From IMG/VR virus record IMGVR_UViG_3300032240_001667, positions 15,104 to 79,103 of that record: a stretch of DNA of 64,000 nucleotides; one strand, written 5' to 3'. The stretch's first letter is position 1. Every line of letters starts with the position of its first letter. Shown here piece by piece: positions 1-9,011 of the stretch. The notes beneath the pieces are model-generated. The model was not told the origin of the DNA and did no database searches. It saw nothing but the letters and a program-made list of their open reading frames with translations. Made by a program: the position numbers and the translations under genes. This DNA comes from a virus.

Positions 1-77
1 TGGCCTTAACAGTCACTCCAGACCCTGCGATCAAGCCAGTCACTGTACGTTTTGCACGTATGGGACTTAAGGCATAA
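1..77 (+). CDS. 3' end of a virion structural/fibre-associated protein (partial)
   Basis: Frame from nt 3 reads ALTVTPDPAIKPVTVRFARMGLKA*, with TAA at 75-77, followed by the SD of the next gene. Confidence 0.6.
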   Translation, partial: ALTVTPDPAIKPVTVRFARMGLKA

Positions 78-93
78 ACAAGGAGATAAAAAA

Positions 94-2346
94 ATGGCAA
101 CAGTAAATAAAGATTTTAAAATTAAGAGTGGGCTTATCGTTGAAGGTACAACAGCGACAGTTAACGGATTTGACATTCTTACAAAAAAGCAGGGAGACCA
201 AGATTACATTGTTAATCTTATTGGTGGAACTGCTACATCAGCAAATACTCCAGATACCGTCGTAAAGCGTGATGAACTCGGTAACTTTGCTGCTGAAAAT
301 GTAACAGTAAATACACTTTATGTTGGTGGTTCAACAGAAAACGGTATTGATGTTGTTAATGGAGATACAGAGATTGGTTCTAATAATGGCATCCTTCTTT
401 CTGCATCAGATGACATTTCACTTAACTCAGGCAATGGAGACATTGTTCTTAATCCAGATGGAACAGCATACTATGGTTCAAAGTCATCAGCAAATATTAT
501 TGCAACACGCTCATATGCAGATGGAGTAGCAAACGATGCAACATCTTCTGCTAATACATACACAGATGCAAAAATTTCAGGAGAAGTTGCAGATAGAAAT
601 GATGCAATTGGTTATGCAATATCAAGCGAAGTTACAAGAAGCAATGATGCGATTTCAACTGCCAAGGTTGAGGCAATTGCTTCATCAAATAATTACACAG
701 ATGGTGAAATTACAACAGCACTTTCAACCGCATCTTCTGATGCAACTACAAAGGCTAATGGTGCAAAAACCTATGCTGATGGATTAATTTCAACAGAAAT
801 CTCAAATCGTAACTCTGCAATTGCAACCGCAAAGGGCGAAGCAATTTCAGAAGCAGAAGGATATACAGATTCTGCAATCTCAACTGAAGTTTCAAATCGC
901 AACTCAGCAATTTCTTCTGCAATTACAGCATTAGATCTTTCAAATACATATGATGCAAAGGGTGCAGCAGCACAGGCTCTTGCTGATGCTAATACATACA
1001 CAGATGGCGAGATCGCTGCTCTTGTAGATTCAGCACCAGAACTTCTTAATACACTTAATGAATTGGCTGCAGCAATTGCAAACAATCCAAATTATGCAAC
1101 AGATGTTGCTTCTGCTGTTTCTGGTAGAGTAGCCAAGTCTGGCGACACAATGACTGGATTCTTAACACTTTCTGGTGCTCCAACACTAGATCTTCATGCA
1201 GCAACCAAAGGTTATGTAGATACAACTGCAGCAACTGCTCAGGGTAATGCAGAAGATTATGCAGATGGAGAAATCACTACTGCTCTTTCAACAGCACAAG
1301 GTTATGCTACAACTGCTCAAACAAATGCAGAATCTTATGCAGACGGAGTAGGAACAGCAGCAGTAACAACTGCTAACTCTTACACAGATGGTGAAATCAC
1401 TACAGCACTTTCTACAGCACAAGGATATGCAGATTCAGTAGCATCAGATCTTTCAGATCACGAAGCACTTTCTTCTGGAGTACATGGAGTAACTGGTTCA
1501 GTAGTAGGTACAACTGATTCACAAGATCTTTCAAATAAACGTTTTATTGATACAACATACTTTACAGATGGTGTAACAATTTCAAATGAAGGACAAATTG
1601 CTGTTAATTCACCAAGTCATGAATTTGAAATTAAAGCAAATGTTGGTCCACTTGGACTTAAGTCTTACAATGATGACATTGTTCTTACACCAGGCTATGG
1701 CAAGGATGTTAAATGGGGTGCAGATGTTTTGGCAACTCAGACTTATGTTGATAACCAAACAACATCTGATATAGAAGAAGGAACAAACCAGTACTTCACA
1801 GATGCTCGTGCTAAGACTTCAGCAGCAGATCTTTTGACTGGTGCAAATCTTACAAATATTACAATTACAGGAACAGGTGCAGGACTCACTATTACCGCAG
1901 AAAATGGTGTAGCAGATTCTACAACTGATGATCTTGATGAAGGTACAACAAATAAATACTTTACACCACAAAGAGCAGTAGATGCTCTTGAAGCAGTTGT
2001 TCCAAACTTTACAGCAGTTGAGTTAAACTCAGTTGCTAAGCAAGTTGCAGCAACTTTATCAGCACCAACAGCAGGAATTCAGGTAGCACATTCTTTTGCA
2101 AAGGCTGACTACCGTTCAGCAGAATATCTTGTAAAGGTTGCTTACGGAACACACACTGAAATTTCAAAGGTTCTTTTGACACTTGATACTTCAGATAATA
2201 TTGCAATTACTGAATATGGAATTGTTGGAACCAATGGCTCAGCATCATCAATTTCAGCAGGTATTTCAGGATCAAATGTAGAACTTCAAGTAACAACCTC
2301 TAACAATAACTCAACAGTTACTGTTGTTGGAACATTACTTGCTTAA
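94..2346 (+). CDS. Tail fibre / virion structural protein with Ala/Thr-rich repeats
   Basis: SD AAGGAG then ATG at 94. Repeats YTDGEITTALSTA and EVSNRNSAI; fibre motif APELLNTLNELAAAI; TTDDLDEGTTNKYFT repeats; C-terminal beta domain (YRSAEYLVKV...ITEYG). Confidence 0.75.
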   Translation: MATVNKDFKIKSGLIVEGTTATVNGFDILTKKQGDQDYIVNLIGGTATSANTPDTVVKRDELGNFAAENVTVNTLYVGGSTENGIDVVNGDTEIGSNNGILLSASDDISLNSGNGDIVLNPDGTAYYGSKSSANIIATRSYADGVANDATSSANTYTDAKISGEVADRNDAIGYAISSEVTRSNDAISTAKVEAIASSNNYTDGEITTALSTASSDATTKANGAKTYADGLISTEISNRNSAIATAKGEAISEAEGYTDSAISTEVSNRNSAISSAITALDLSNTYDAKGAAAQALADANTYTDGEIAALVDSAPELLNTLNELAAAIANNPNYATDVASAVSGRVAKSGDTMTGFLTLSGAPTLDLHAATKGYVDTTAATAQGNAEDYADGEITTALSTAQGYATTAQTNAESYADGVGTAAVTTANSYTDGEITTALSTAQGYADSVASDLSDHEALSSGVHGVTGSVVGTTDSQDLSNKRFIDTTYFTDGVTISNEGQIAVNSPSHEFEIKANVGPLGLKSYNDDIVLTPGYGKDVKWGADVLATQTYVDNQTTSDIEEGTNQYFTDARAKTSAADLLTGANLTNITITGTGAGLTITAENGVADSTTDDLDEGTTNKYFTPQRAVDALEAVVPNFTAVELNSVAKQVAATLSAPTAGIQVAHSFAKADYRSAEYLVKVAYGTHTEISKVLLTLDTSDNIAITEYGIVGTNGSASSISAGISGSNVELQVTTSNNNSTVTVVGTLLA

Positions 2347-2381
2347 TAAAAAATAAAAATAGTTGGAAGAGGGAGTAGTAA

Positions 2382-2831
2382 ATGGCAACAGTCGATAAAG
2401 ACTTCAAGGTTAAGAATGGATTAGTCGTTGCAAACGGCGGTACATTCGGAGATGCAGTAACAGTAGGAGCACCAACTCTTGCTTCACATGCAGCAACTAA
2501 AGACTATGTTGACTCAAGATCAATGGCTGTAGGCGTTAATGCTCCTTCTTCACCAACTAATGGAACACAATGGTTAGATACCTTAACAAATAGAGTTAAT
2601 TTTTATTATGAAGGTTCTTGGTACACACAAGCAACTCTTGATGATACACATAATATTCCACAGCATATTCACGATACAGCAATTGATGGTACAGGCCTTA
2701 TTGTAAGCATGTATGTTGAATCTGGTTTTCCAGATAGCCCAATGACATCTACTACTGATTCTGGAAATGCATTGGATACAGTTTTTACTTCTACCATAGA
2801 TGGTGGAATAGCAATAGATAATTTCAACTAA
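2382..2831 (+). CDS. Small fibre-associated structural protein
   Basis: N-terminus MATVDKDFKVKNGLVV nearly identical to gene 94; HAATKDYVD and PSSPTNGTQWLDT fibre motifs. Confidence 0.65.
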   Translation: MATVDKDFKVKNGLVVANGGTFGDAVTVGAPTLASHAATKDYVDSRSMAVGVNAPSSPTNGTQWLDTLTNRVNFYYEGSWYTQATLDDTHNIPQHIHDTAIDGTGLIVSMYVESGFPDSPMTSTTDSGNALDTVFTSTIDGGIAIDNFN

Positions 2832-2854
2832 AATTGATGTTATAATAAGATACA

Positions 2855-2871
2855 TATGGGCAGCACCCATA
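2855..2871 (+). promoter_or_regulatory. 5'-UTR hairpin (TATGGG-CAGCA-CCCATA) upstream of first Mtd_N fibre gene
   Basis: Perfect 6-bp stem directly 5' of the SD; matches the element at 4835. Confidence 0.5.
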
Positions 2872-2883
2872 AGGGGGAAATAA

Positions 2884-4800
2884 ATGGCAGTTAGACAACA
2901 ACAACGTAGAGGTACCGCAGCACAGTGGACCTCAGCAAATCCAATTCTTTCAGCAGCAGAAATCGGTGTTGAAATTGATACAAGTAAATTTAAGATTGGT
3001 GATGGAACTAATCGTTGGGCAGATCTAACTTATTTTACAACAGATGCTGCAACAGCAGTTACTGCAGAAGTTCAAACCGCAATTAATAATTTAATTGGTG
3101 GTGCACCAGGAATTCTAGATACCCTTAAAGAATTAGCAGACTCAATTGGAAATGATGGAAACTTTGTTGGCACCATCACATCCGATCTTGCTGCAAAAGC
3201 ACCATTAGCAAGCCCAACCTTTACAGGAACTGTATCTGGCGTAACAAAATCAATGGTTGGTCTTGGAAATGTAGATAATACCTCAGACGCTAACAAGCCA
3301 GTGTCAACAGCAACTCAAACTGCCCTTGACCTTAAGGCCAACACAGCAGATATTACAGAACTTTCACAAGATGCTGTTAACTCAGCACTTACTGCGGGAT
3401 CAGGTATTACAAAGACCTATAATGATTCAGCAAATACAATTACAGTTGCAGTAGACTCAACAATTGCAACAAAGACATATGCAGATGGTAAAGCATCTGA
3501 CGCACAGACTGCAGCAGCAGCAGATGCAACCACTAAGGCTAATAATGCTAAATCAGGTGCAGAAACTACAGCAGCAACTGCTCTTGCTTCACATGAAGCA
3601 GATACAACAAATATTCATGGTATTGCAGATACTTCTGCTCTTGCAACAAAAACATATGCTGATAATGCAGCATCTAATGCAGTTTCAGGTCTTTTAAATA
3701 ATGCACCCGCAGCATTTGATACTCTAAAGGAAATAGCAGATGCTTTAACTGCAGACGAATCAGCAGCAGCAACACTTGCTACTTTGGTAGGAACTAAAGC
3801 CCCTATTGCTTCCCCAACATTTACTGGTACAGTTTCAGGTATTACAAAGTCAATGGTGGGATTAGGAAATGTTGATAACACAACAGATACAGCAAAACCT
3901 GTTTCAACTGCACAACAAACAGCATTAGACCTTAAGGCTAATATTGCAAGTCCTACTTTTACAGGAACAGTTTCAGGAATTAGCAAATCTATGGTTGGAC
4001 TTGGTTCTGTAGATAATACTTCAGATGTTAATAAACCTGTTTCAACTGCGACACAGACTGCTTTAGATCTTGAAGTTACAAACCGTAATTCAGCAATAAC
4101 TTCAGCAATTAATACAGAGGTTACAAACCGTAACTCTGCTATTGCGACAGCAAAATCTCAGGCAATTTCAACTTCTGAGGGGTATACAGATACAGCAATT
4201 GCTAATCTTGTAAATTCTGCACCTTCTACACTAGATACACTTAAAGAACTTGCTGATGCATTAACCGCAGACGAAAGTACTGCAACAACTCTTGCAACAA
4301 CTGTTGGAACCAAGGCTCCTTCTGCTAATCCAACATTTACTGGAACAGTAGTATTACCTTCAACAACATCAATTGGAAATGTTTCGGCAACTGAAATTGG
4401 GTATGTTGATGGTGTAACTTCATCAATTCAGACACAGTTAGATTCTAAGGCTCCAACCGCTTCCCCAACATTTACAGGAACGGTATCTGGAATAACTAAG
4501 TCTATGGTTGGATTAACAAACGTAGATAACACTTCCGATGCTAACAAGCCAGTATCATCAGCAACGCAAACAGCATTAGATGCTAAACTATCTACTTCAG
4601 TTGCAACATCAACTTATGAAACAATTTCAAATGTTTCATTAAAAGCACCACTATTATCACCAACATTTACTGGTACACCATTAGCACCAACTGCATCATC
4701 TACAACTAATAACACTCAAATTGCTACAACAGCATTTGTAAAGTCTCAAATTACAAATATTTCAGACTTTAACTTAGTACTTGATGGTGGTGGAGTATAA
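2884..4800 (+). CDS. Tail fibre with Mtd_N (major tropism determinant N-terminal)-type domain
   Basis: QQRRGTAAQWTSANPILSAAEIGVEIDTSKFKIGDG N-terminus; several KAPLASPTFTGTVSGITKSMVGLGNVDNTSDANKPVST repeats. Confidence 0.8.
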   Translation: MAVRQQQRRGTAAQWTSANPILSAAEIGVEIDTSKFKIGDGTNRWADLTYFTTDAATAVTAEVQTAINNLIGGAPGILDTLKELADSIGNDGNFVGTITSDLAAKAPLASPTFTGTVSGVTKSMVGLGNVDNTSDANKPVSTATQTALDLKANTADITELSQDAVNSALTAGSGITKTYNDSANTITVAVDSTIATKTYADGKASDAQTAAAADATTKANNAKSGAETTAATALASHEADTTNIHGIADTSALATKTYADNAASNAVSGLLNNAPAAFDTLKEIADALTADESAAATLATLVGTKAPIASPTFTGTVSGITKSMVGLGNVDNTTDTAKPVSTAQQTALDLKANIASPTFTGTVSGISKSMVGLGSVDNTSDVNKPVSTATQTALDLEVTNRNSAITSAINTEVTNRNSAIATAKSQAISTSEGYTDTAIANLVNSAPSTLDTLKELADALTADESTATTLATTVGTKAPSANPTFTGTVVLPSTTSIGNVSATEIGYVDGVTSSIQTQLDSKAPTASPTFTGTVSGITKSMVGLTNVDNTSDANKPVSSATQTALDAKLSTSVATSTYETISNVSLKAPLLSPTFTGTPLAPTASSTTNNTQIATTAFVKSQITNISDFNLVLDGGGV

Positions 4801-4834
4801 TAGTGTTAGGCATTAAAAATACAATGAATAATAA

Positions 4835-4849
4835 GTACGCAGCCCGTAC
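4835..4849 (+). promoter_or_regulatory. 5'-UTR hairpin (GTACG-CAGCC-CGTAC) upstream of second Mtd_N fibre gene
   Basis: Perfect 5-bp stem; CAGC loop begins 23 nt before ATG, as at 2855. Confidence 0.5.
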
Positions 4850-4862
4850 AGAGGAGAAATAA

Positions 4863-6623
4863 ATGACAACAAGAATGCAACAACGTAGAGGAACTTCTAC
4901 ACAATGGACAGCAACAGATCCAATCCTTGCTGCTGGTGAAATTGGATTCGAATTAGACTCTGGTCAGTTTAAAATGGGCGATGGCGTAAATCATTGGTCA
5001 GATTTAGCATACTTTAAAGATATAAGTGATTTGGGTGCAAACTTAGATTCTTATCTATTAACAACAACTAGAGGTGCAGCAAATGGTGTTGCCTCACTTG
5101 ACGCAAGTGGTCAAGTTCCAATGTCTCAACTTACAAACTTAACCGCTGGTGCACCAGCAGCACTAGATACATTAAACGAACTTGCTGCTGCACTTGATAA
5201 TGATGCAAGTTTTTCTACTAAGGTGCTTGCATCTTTAGCAACAAAGGCTGCATCTACTGCACTTGTTTCACATGTAAACACAACAACTTCAGTTCATGGA
5301 ATTGCAGATACTGCAGAACTAGCAACAAAAACTTATGCTTCTAGTGTTGCAACAAATGCTCAAACTGCTGCAATTTCAAATGCTGCAACTGATGCAACTA
5401 ACAAAGTTTCTAATCACAACTCAACAACAACTTCGGTTCATGGTATTTCAGATACATCTGTATTAGAAACAGTAACTGGATCACAAGCAAAAGCAAACTC
5501 TGCATCTGCTACAGCAGTAAGTAATCACAATTCCGCAACAACCAGTGTACATGGCATTGCTGACACATCAGCACTTGCTACAAAAACCTATGCTGATTCA
5601 GCAGCAACAACTGCTGCAGCAGGAGTAACAAAATCATCTCTTGGTCTTGAAAACGTAACAAATACATCAGATGCCAATAAACCTGTATCAACAGCACAAC
5701 AAACTGCTTTAGATCTAAAGGCCAATTTGGCTTCTCCTACCTTTACTGGTACCGTTGGTGGTATTACAAAGGCCATGGTTGGTCTTGGTAACGTAGATAA
5801 CACTGCAGATACAGCAAAGCCAGTATCTACTGCACAGCAGACAGCACTTGATCTTAAAGAAACAGTAGTAAATGTTGCTCTTAAGGCACCACTTGCTTCA
5901 CCAGCACTTACTGGTGTACCAACTGCTCCAACAGCAGCAGCAGCAACTAACACAACACAAATTGCAACTACTGCTTTTGTTAGAGGAGAAGTAACTGCTC
6001 TTGTAAATGGAGCAACTGCTGCACTAGATACTTTGGGAGAATTAGCAGCAGCACTTACTGCTGACGAAGCAACCGCAGCAACACTTGCTACTTTGGTAGG
6101 AACAAAAGCACCACTTGCTTCACCAACATTTACAGGAACAGTAACAATTCCTGCAGGTGCAAGCATATCAGGTTTTGCTCCACTTGCTTCACCAACATTT
6201 ACAGGTACAAATACTGTAGCAGCACTTACAGTATCTGGTTCTGGATTAATAACAGCATCTTCTGCTGGTATAGCATTTACAGACGGTACACAAACAAAGG
6301 AAGGCGTAGTCTCACGAACACCAATTGTTCAAAAAACAGCATCTTATACACTTTCAGCACTTACAGAAAGAGACTCTCTTATTGAAGTAGCCTCTGCATC
6401 TGCAGTAACAATAACAGTACCAACAAATGCCACAGTAGCATATCCAGTAGGAACATCTATTGACATTCTTCAAACTGGTGCTGGACAAATTACTGTAGCA
6501 GGTGCTGGTGGAGTTACCGTTAACGCAACACCAGGATTAAAGTTAAGAACACAGTGGTCTGGAGCAACACTCTTTAAGAGAGCAACAGATACTTGGGTTC
6601 TTTATGGCGATCTTTCAGCATAA
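4863..6623 (+). CDS. Second Mtd_N-type tail fibre with C-terminal adaptor-like beta domain
   Basis: QQRRGTSTQWTATDPILAAGEIGFELDSGQFKMGDG; TTSVHGIADT repeats; C-terminal YPVGTSIDILQTGAGQIT...WVLYGDL domain. Confidence 0.8.
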   Translation: MTTRMQQRRGTSTQWTATDPILAAGEIGFELDSGQFKMGDGVNHWSDLAYFKDISDLGANLDSYLLTTTRGAANGVASLDASGQVPMSQLTNLTAGAPAALDTLNELAAALDNDASFSTKVLASLATKAASTALVSHVNTTTSVHGIADTAELATKTYASSVATNAQTAAISNAATDATNKVSNHNSTTTSVHGISDTSVLETVTGSQAKANSASATAVSNHNSATTSVHGIADTSALATKTYADSAATTAAAGVTKSSLGLENVTNTSDANKPVSTAQQTALDLKANLASPTFTGTVGGITKAMVGLGNVDNTADTAKPVSTAQQTALDLKETVVNVALKAPLASPALTGVPTAPTAAAATNTTQIATTAFVRGEVTALVNGATAALDTLGELAAALTADEATAATLATLVGTKAPLASPTFTGTVTIPAGASISGFAPLASPTFTGTNTVAALTVSGSGLITASSAGIAFTDGTQTKEGVVSRTPIVQKTASYTLSALTERDSLIEVASASAVTITVPTNATVAYPVGTSIDILQTGAGQITVAGAGGVTVNATPGLKLRTQWSGATLFKRATDTWVLYGDLSA

Positions 6624-6653
6624 AAATTTAAATTAAAAAAGGAGAAGAAAATT

Positions 6654-8195
6654 ATGGCAGTAAATAAGAAAATGGGTGGTCACGCACAAGGTGCTAATGA
6701 CTCACTAATGCCTTTTGCACCAACAATCGGAACAGCCACAAACGTAGGTTCTGGAAGAAATTATAATGATGGTCGAGCAGACATAACATTTACTGCTGCA
6801 GGTCCTTATGCAGCAACATCTTATACTGTAACTTCTTCTCCTGGTGGCTATACCGCTACAGGTGCCTCTTCTCCTTTAACAGTAACAGGTCTTCAGTCTG
6901 GCACTGCTTATACATTTACTGTAACTGCTACAAATTCATATGGAACTTCTGTTGCATCATCAGCATCTAATTCAATTACTGCAACAACTTTGCCACAAGC
7001 ACCAACAATGGTTTCTGCAACAAACCAAGGTTCTAGTCGTCCATATAACCAGGGACAGGTTGCAATTGCTTTTTCTGCAAATGCTACTGGAGGTTCAGCA
7101 CTTGATTCATATGCGGTAAATGCTTTTGATACAAATGGAAATTATTTAGCACAAGTAACAGGTTCAAGTTCTCCTTTAACCTTTACAACACTTTCATCTG
7201 GAGGAGTTTATAAATTTGCTGCTTATTCTCATAACGCAAATGGTTATTCTGCAGCAAGTGCTTTTTCTGGAAATGTAACTGTTACTACTGTTCCAGCGAC
7301 ACCATCAGCACCATCAGCATCATCTCCTTCAGCAGGAACTGATACGGTTTCATGGTCTGCACCAGCAAATGGAGGATCTGCTATTACATCTTATTACTTA
7401 TACGATAATGGTGCAGCAGTTGGAAACGTTGGAAATGTTACATCTTACAATATTGGAGAAACACAAGGTTCAAATCACTATTTCCAAGTTGCAGCAATTA
7501 ATGCAAATGGACAAAGTGGAACATCTGCTGCTAGTGGAACTGTAACTACAACATTTTCATTTGCACCTTTTGGAGCATTTGGTGCTTTTAATTTCTTTGG
7601 AGCATTTGGTGCTTTTGGTGCTTTTGGTGCTTTTGGTGCTTTTGGTGCGTATAACTTTGCTGTTTATGGACAACCAGGATTTAAATTTTCTTCTTCAATT
7701 AACGTAAACACAGAAATTATAATGTATTCAGTAGCAGGACAACCAGAATCAGTAAAGCCTGCTGGTCAACTTCAGGTTGGAGATAAATTGCTTGCATTGG
7801 ATCTTGGTCCAAAACCAACTAATGGTGACTGGAGATCTTGGCAATTACCTACAGGAACAGATATTTCAAATGCTAATTTAGTTGAAACAGAAATTGTTGA
7901 CATTCAAATTGTTCCAGAAAATAAATTTATTTATATTGATGGAGATTTGTTCTCAGAAACTCACTGGATTTTAACTAAAAAAGATGGTCTGGTTAAATTT
8001 ATTAAATCAACAGATATAGATACAACATATCAAAGATATTCTTATAATAATAATGAATTTGTTGACATTATTTTAGTTGAATCATTAGACTTAGTAATGG
8101 ATAAAGTTTCTATTAACTGCGAACCTTATGATAACTTCTTTACTAGACAAATGCTTGTAAAAGATTTCTATGATAACAAACATCCATTAGTTTAA
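6654..8195 (+). CDS. FN3-repeat adhesin/fibre tip with (FGA)n repeat and C-terminal Hint (intein/hedgehog-like) domain
   Basis: Three FN3-like units (GLQSGTAYTFTVTATNSYGTS; VSWSAPANGGSAITSY). Hint-like blocks: SINVNTEI, KPAGQLQVGDKLL, FSETHWIL, SINCEPYDNFFTRQMLVKD. Confidence 0.75.
   Translation: MAVNKKMGGHAQGANDSLMPFAPTIGTATNVGSGRNYNDGRADITFTAAGPYAATSYTVTSSPGGYTATGASSPLTVTGLQSGTAYTFTVTATNSYGTSVASSASNSITATTLPQAPTMVSATNQGSSRPYNQGQVAIAFSANATGGSALDSYAVNAFDTNGNYLAQVTGSSSPLTFTTLSSGGVYKFAAYSHNANGYSAASAFSGNVTVTTVPATPSAPSASSPSAGTDTVSWSAPANGGSAITSYYLYDNGAAVGNVGNVTSYNIGETQGSNHYFQVAAINANGQSGTSAASGTVTTTFSFAPFGAFGAFNFFGAFGAFGAFGAFGAFGAYNFAVYGQPGFKFSSSINVNTEIIMYSVAGQPESVKPAGQLQVGDKLLALDLGPKPTNGDWRSWQLPTGTDISNANLVETEIVDIQIVPENKFIYIDGDLFSETHWILTKKDGLVKFIKSTDIDTTYQRYSYNNNEFVDIILVESLDLVMDKVSINCEPYDNFFTRQMLVKDFYDNKHPLV
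7569..7649 (+). repeat. In-frame 9-bp tandem repeat TTTGGWGCW encoding eight FGA units
   Basis: TTTGGTGCT almost five times perfectly at 7605-7648; eight FGA triplets in total, interrupted once by FNF. Confidence 0.95.
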
Positions 8196-8232
8196 TATTT
8201 AAACTATCAATAGAAAGTGATATACTGATTTT

Positions 8233-8979
8233 ATGAAAAAAAACAAACCTTCAAAGGTAACTTTTATAAACACGCTTCCAAAAATGAAAAATATTTTTCC
8301 TCAACCCGAACCATCTTTTAAAAATATTCCAAATTGGTATAAAAAATTAGAAAGTTTTTATGAAGGAGATCCAACTCCAGAAAATGGAAATCAAAAGTTA
8401 ACTGCAAAAAGGTGTGTTGCGTTTTTAGATATTTTATCTAGTGGTTATATATTAAAATGCCCGTTTGATATTTATATTGATACCACTGAAGGAAAACAAA
8501 TATTTGATATTCCAGCAGCATTAAAACCTTTAACAGATATTGGAAGTAAACAATTTATTGGAAGTCATGATATAAAACAAGTTCAAGGGTACCCTTTTGA
8601 TACAAATCAATATATAGAGTATTTATTTAGAATAAACATGGTATGGGTAGTAAAAACAGAACCAGGATATAGCACCCTTTATTTACCACTTCAACACCAT
8701 GAGATATCTCCTTTGTTTCCAATATCAGCAGTAATTGATTCAGATGAGTATCCATCAAATGGTTTATTATCATTTTTAGTTAAAAAAGATTTTAAAGGTT
8801 TTATTGCAAAAGGAACTCCATTAGTTCAAGTAATTCCTTTTAAAAGACAAGATTTTATTTCAGAGCATCTTGAAACACAAGAAGAGGTTGATAAGTTAAA
8901 TTATATAGGTGCAAAGATTAGAACTGTTTTTAATTCAGGTTATAAAAAATTATTATGGCATAAAAAGTCTTATAGATAA
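8233..8979 (+). CDS. Conserved phage protein, DUF6065/dUTPase-like beta fold (function unknown)
   Basis: IPNWYK...TAKRCVAFLD..SGYI...WVVKTEPGYS...VIDSD...KGTPLVQVIPFKR; paralog of 63093-63830. Family name is from recollection. Confidence 0.55.
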   Translation: MKKNKPSKVTFINTLPKMKNIFPQPEPSFKNIPNWYKKLESFYEGDPTPENGNQKLTAKRCVAFLDILSSGYILKCPFDIYIDTTEGKQIFDIPAALKPLTDIGSKQFIGSHDIKQVQGYPFDTNQYIEYLFRINMVWVVKTEPGYSTLYLPLQHHEISPLFPISAVIDSDEYPSNGLLSFLVKKDFKGFIAKGTPLVQVIPFKRQDFISEHLETQEEVDKLNYIGAKIRTVFNSGYKKLLWHKKSYR

Positions 8980-9011
8980 AGAATTTAAAAAACTCTCATC
9001 TATAACTTTAC

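Noticed and set aside
2884-6623. Diversity-generating retroelement suggested by Mtd_N domains
   Set aside because: No reverse transcriptase, no template/variable repeat pair differing at adenines, and no C-type lectin tip in the window; Mtd_N alone is just a fibre attachment domain.
7695-8195. Canonical mobile intein
   Set aside because: No homing endonuclease, no terminal His-Asn plus nucleophile, and almost no C-extein; treated as an autoprocessing Hint domain instead.
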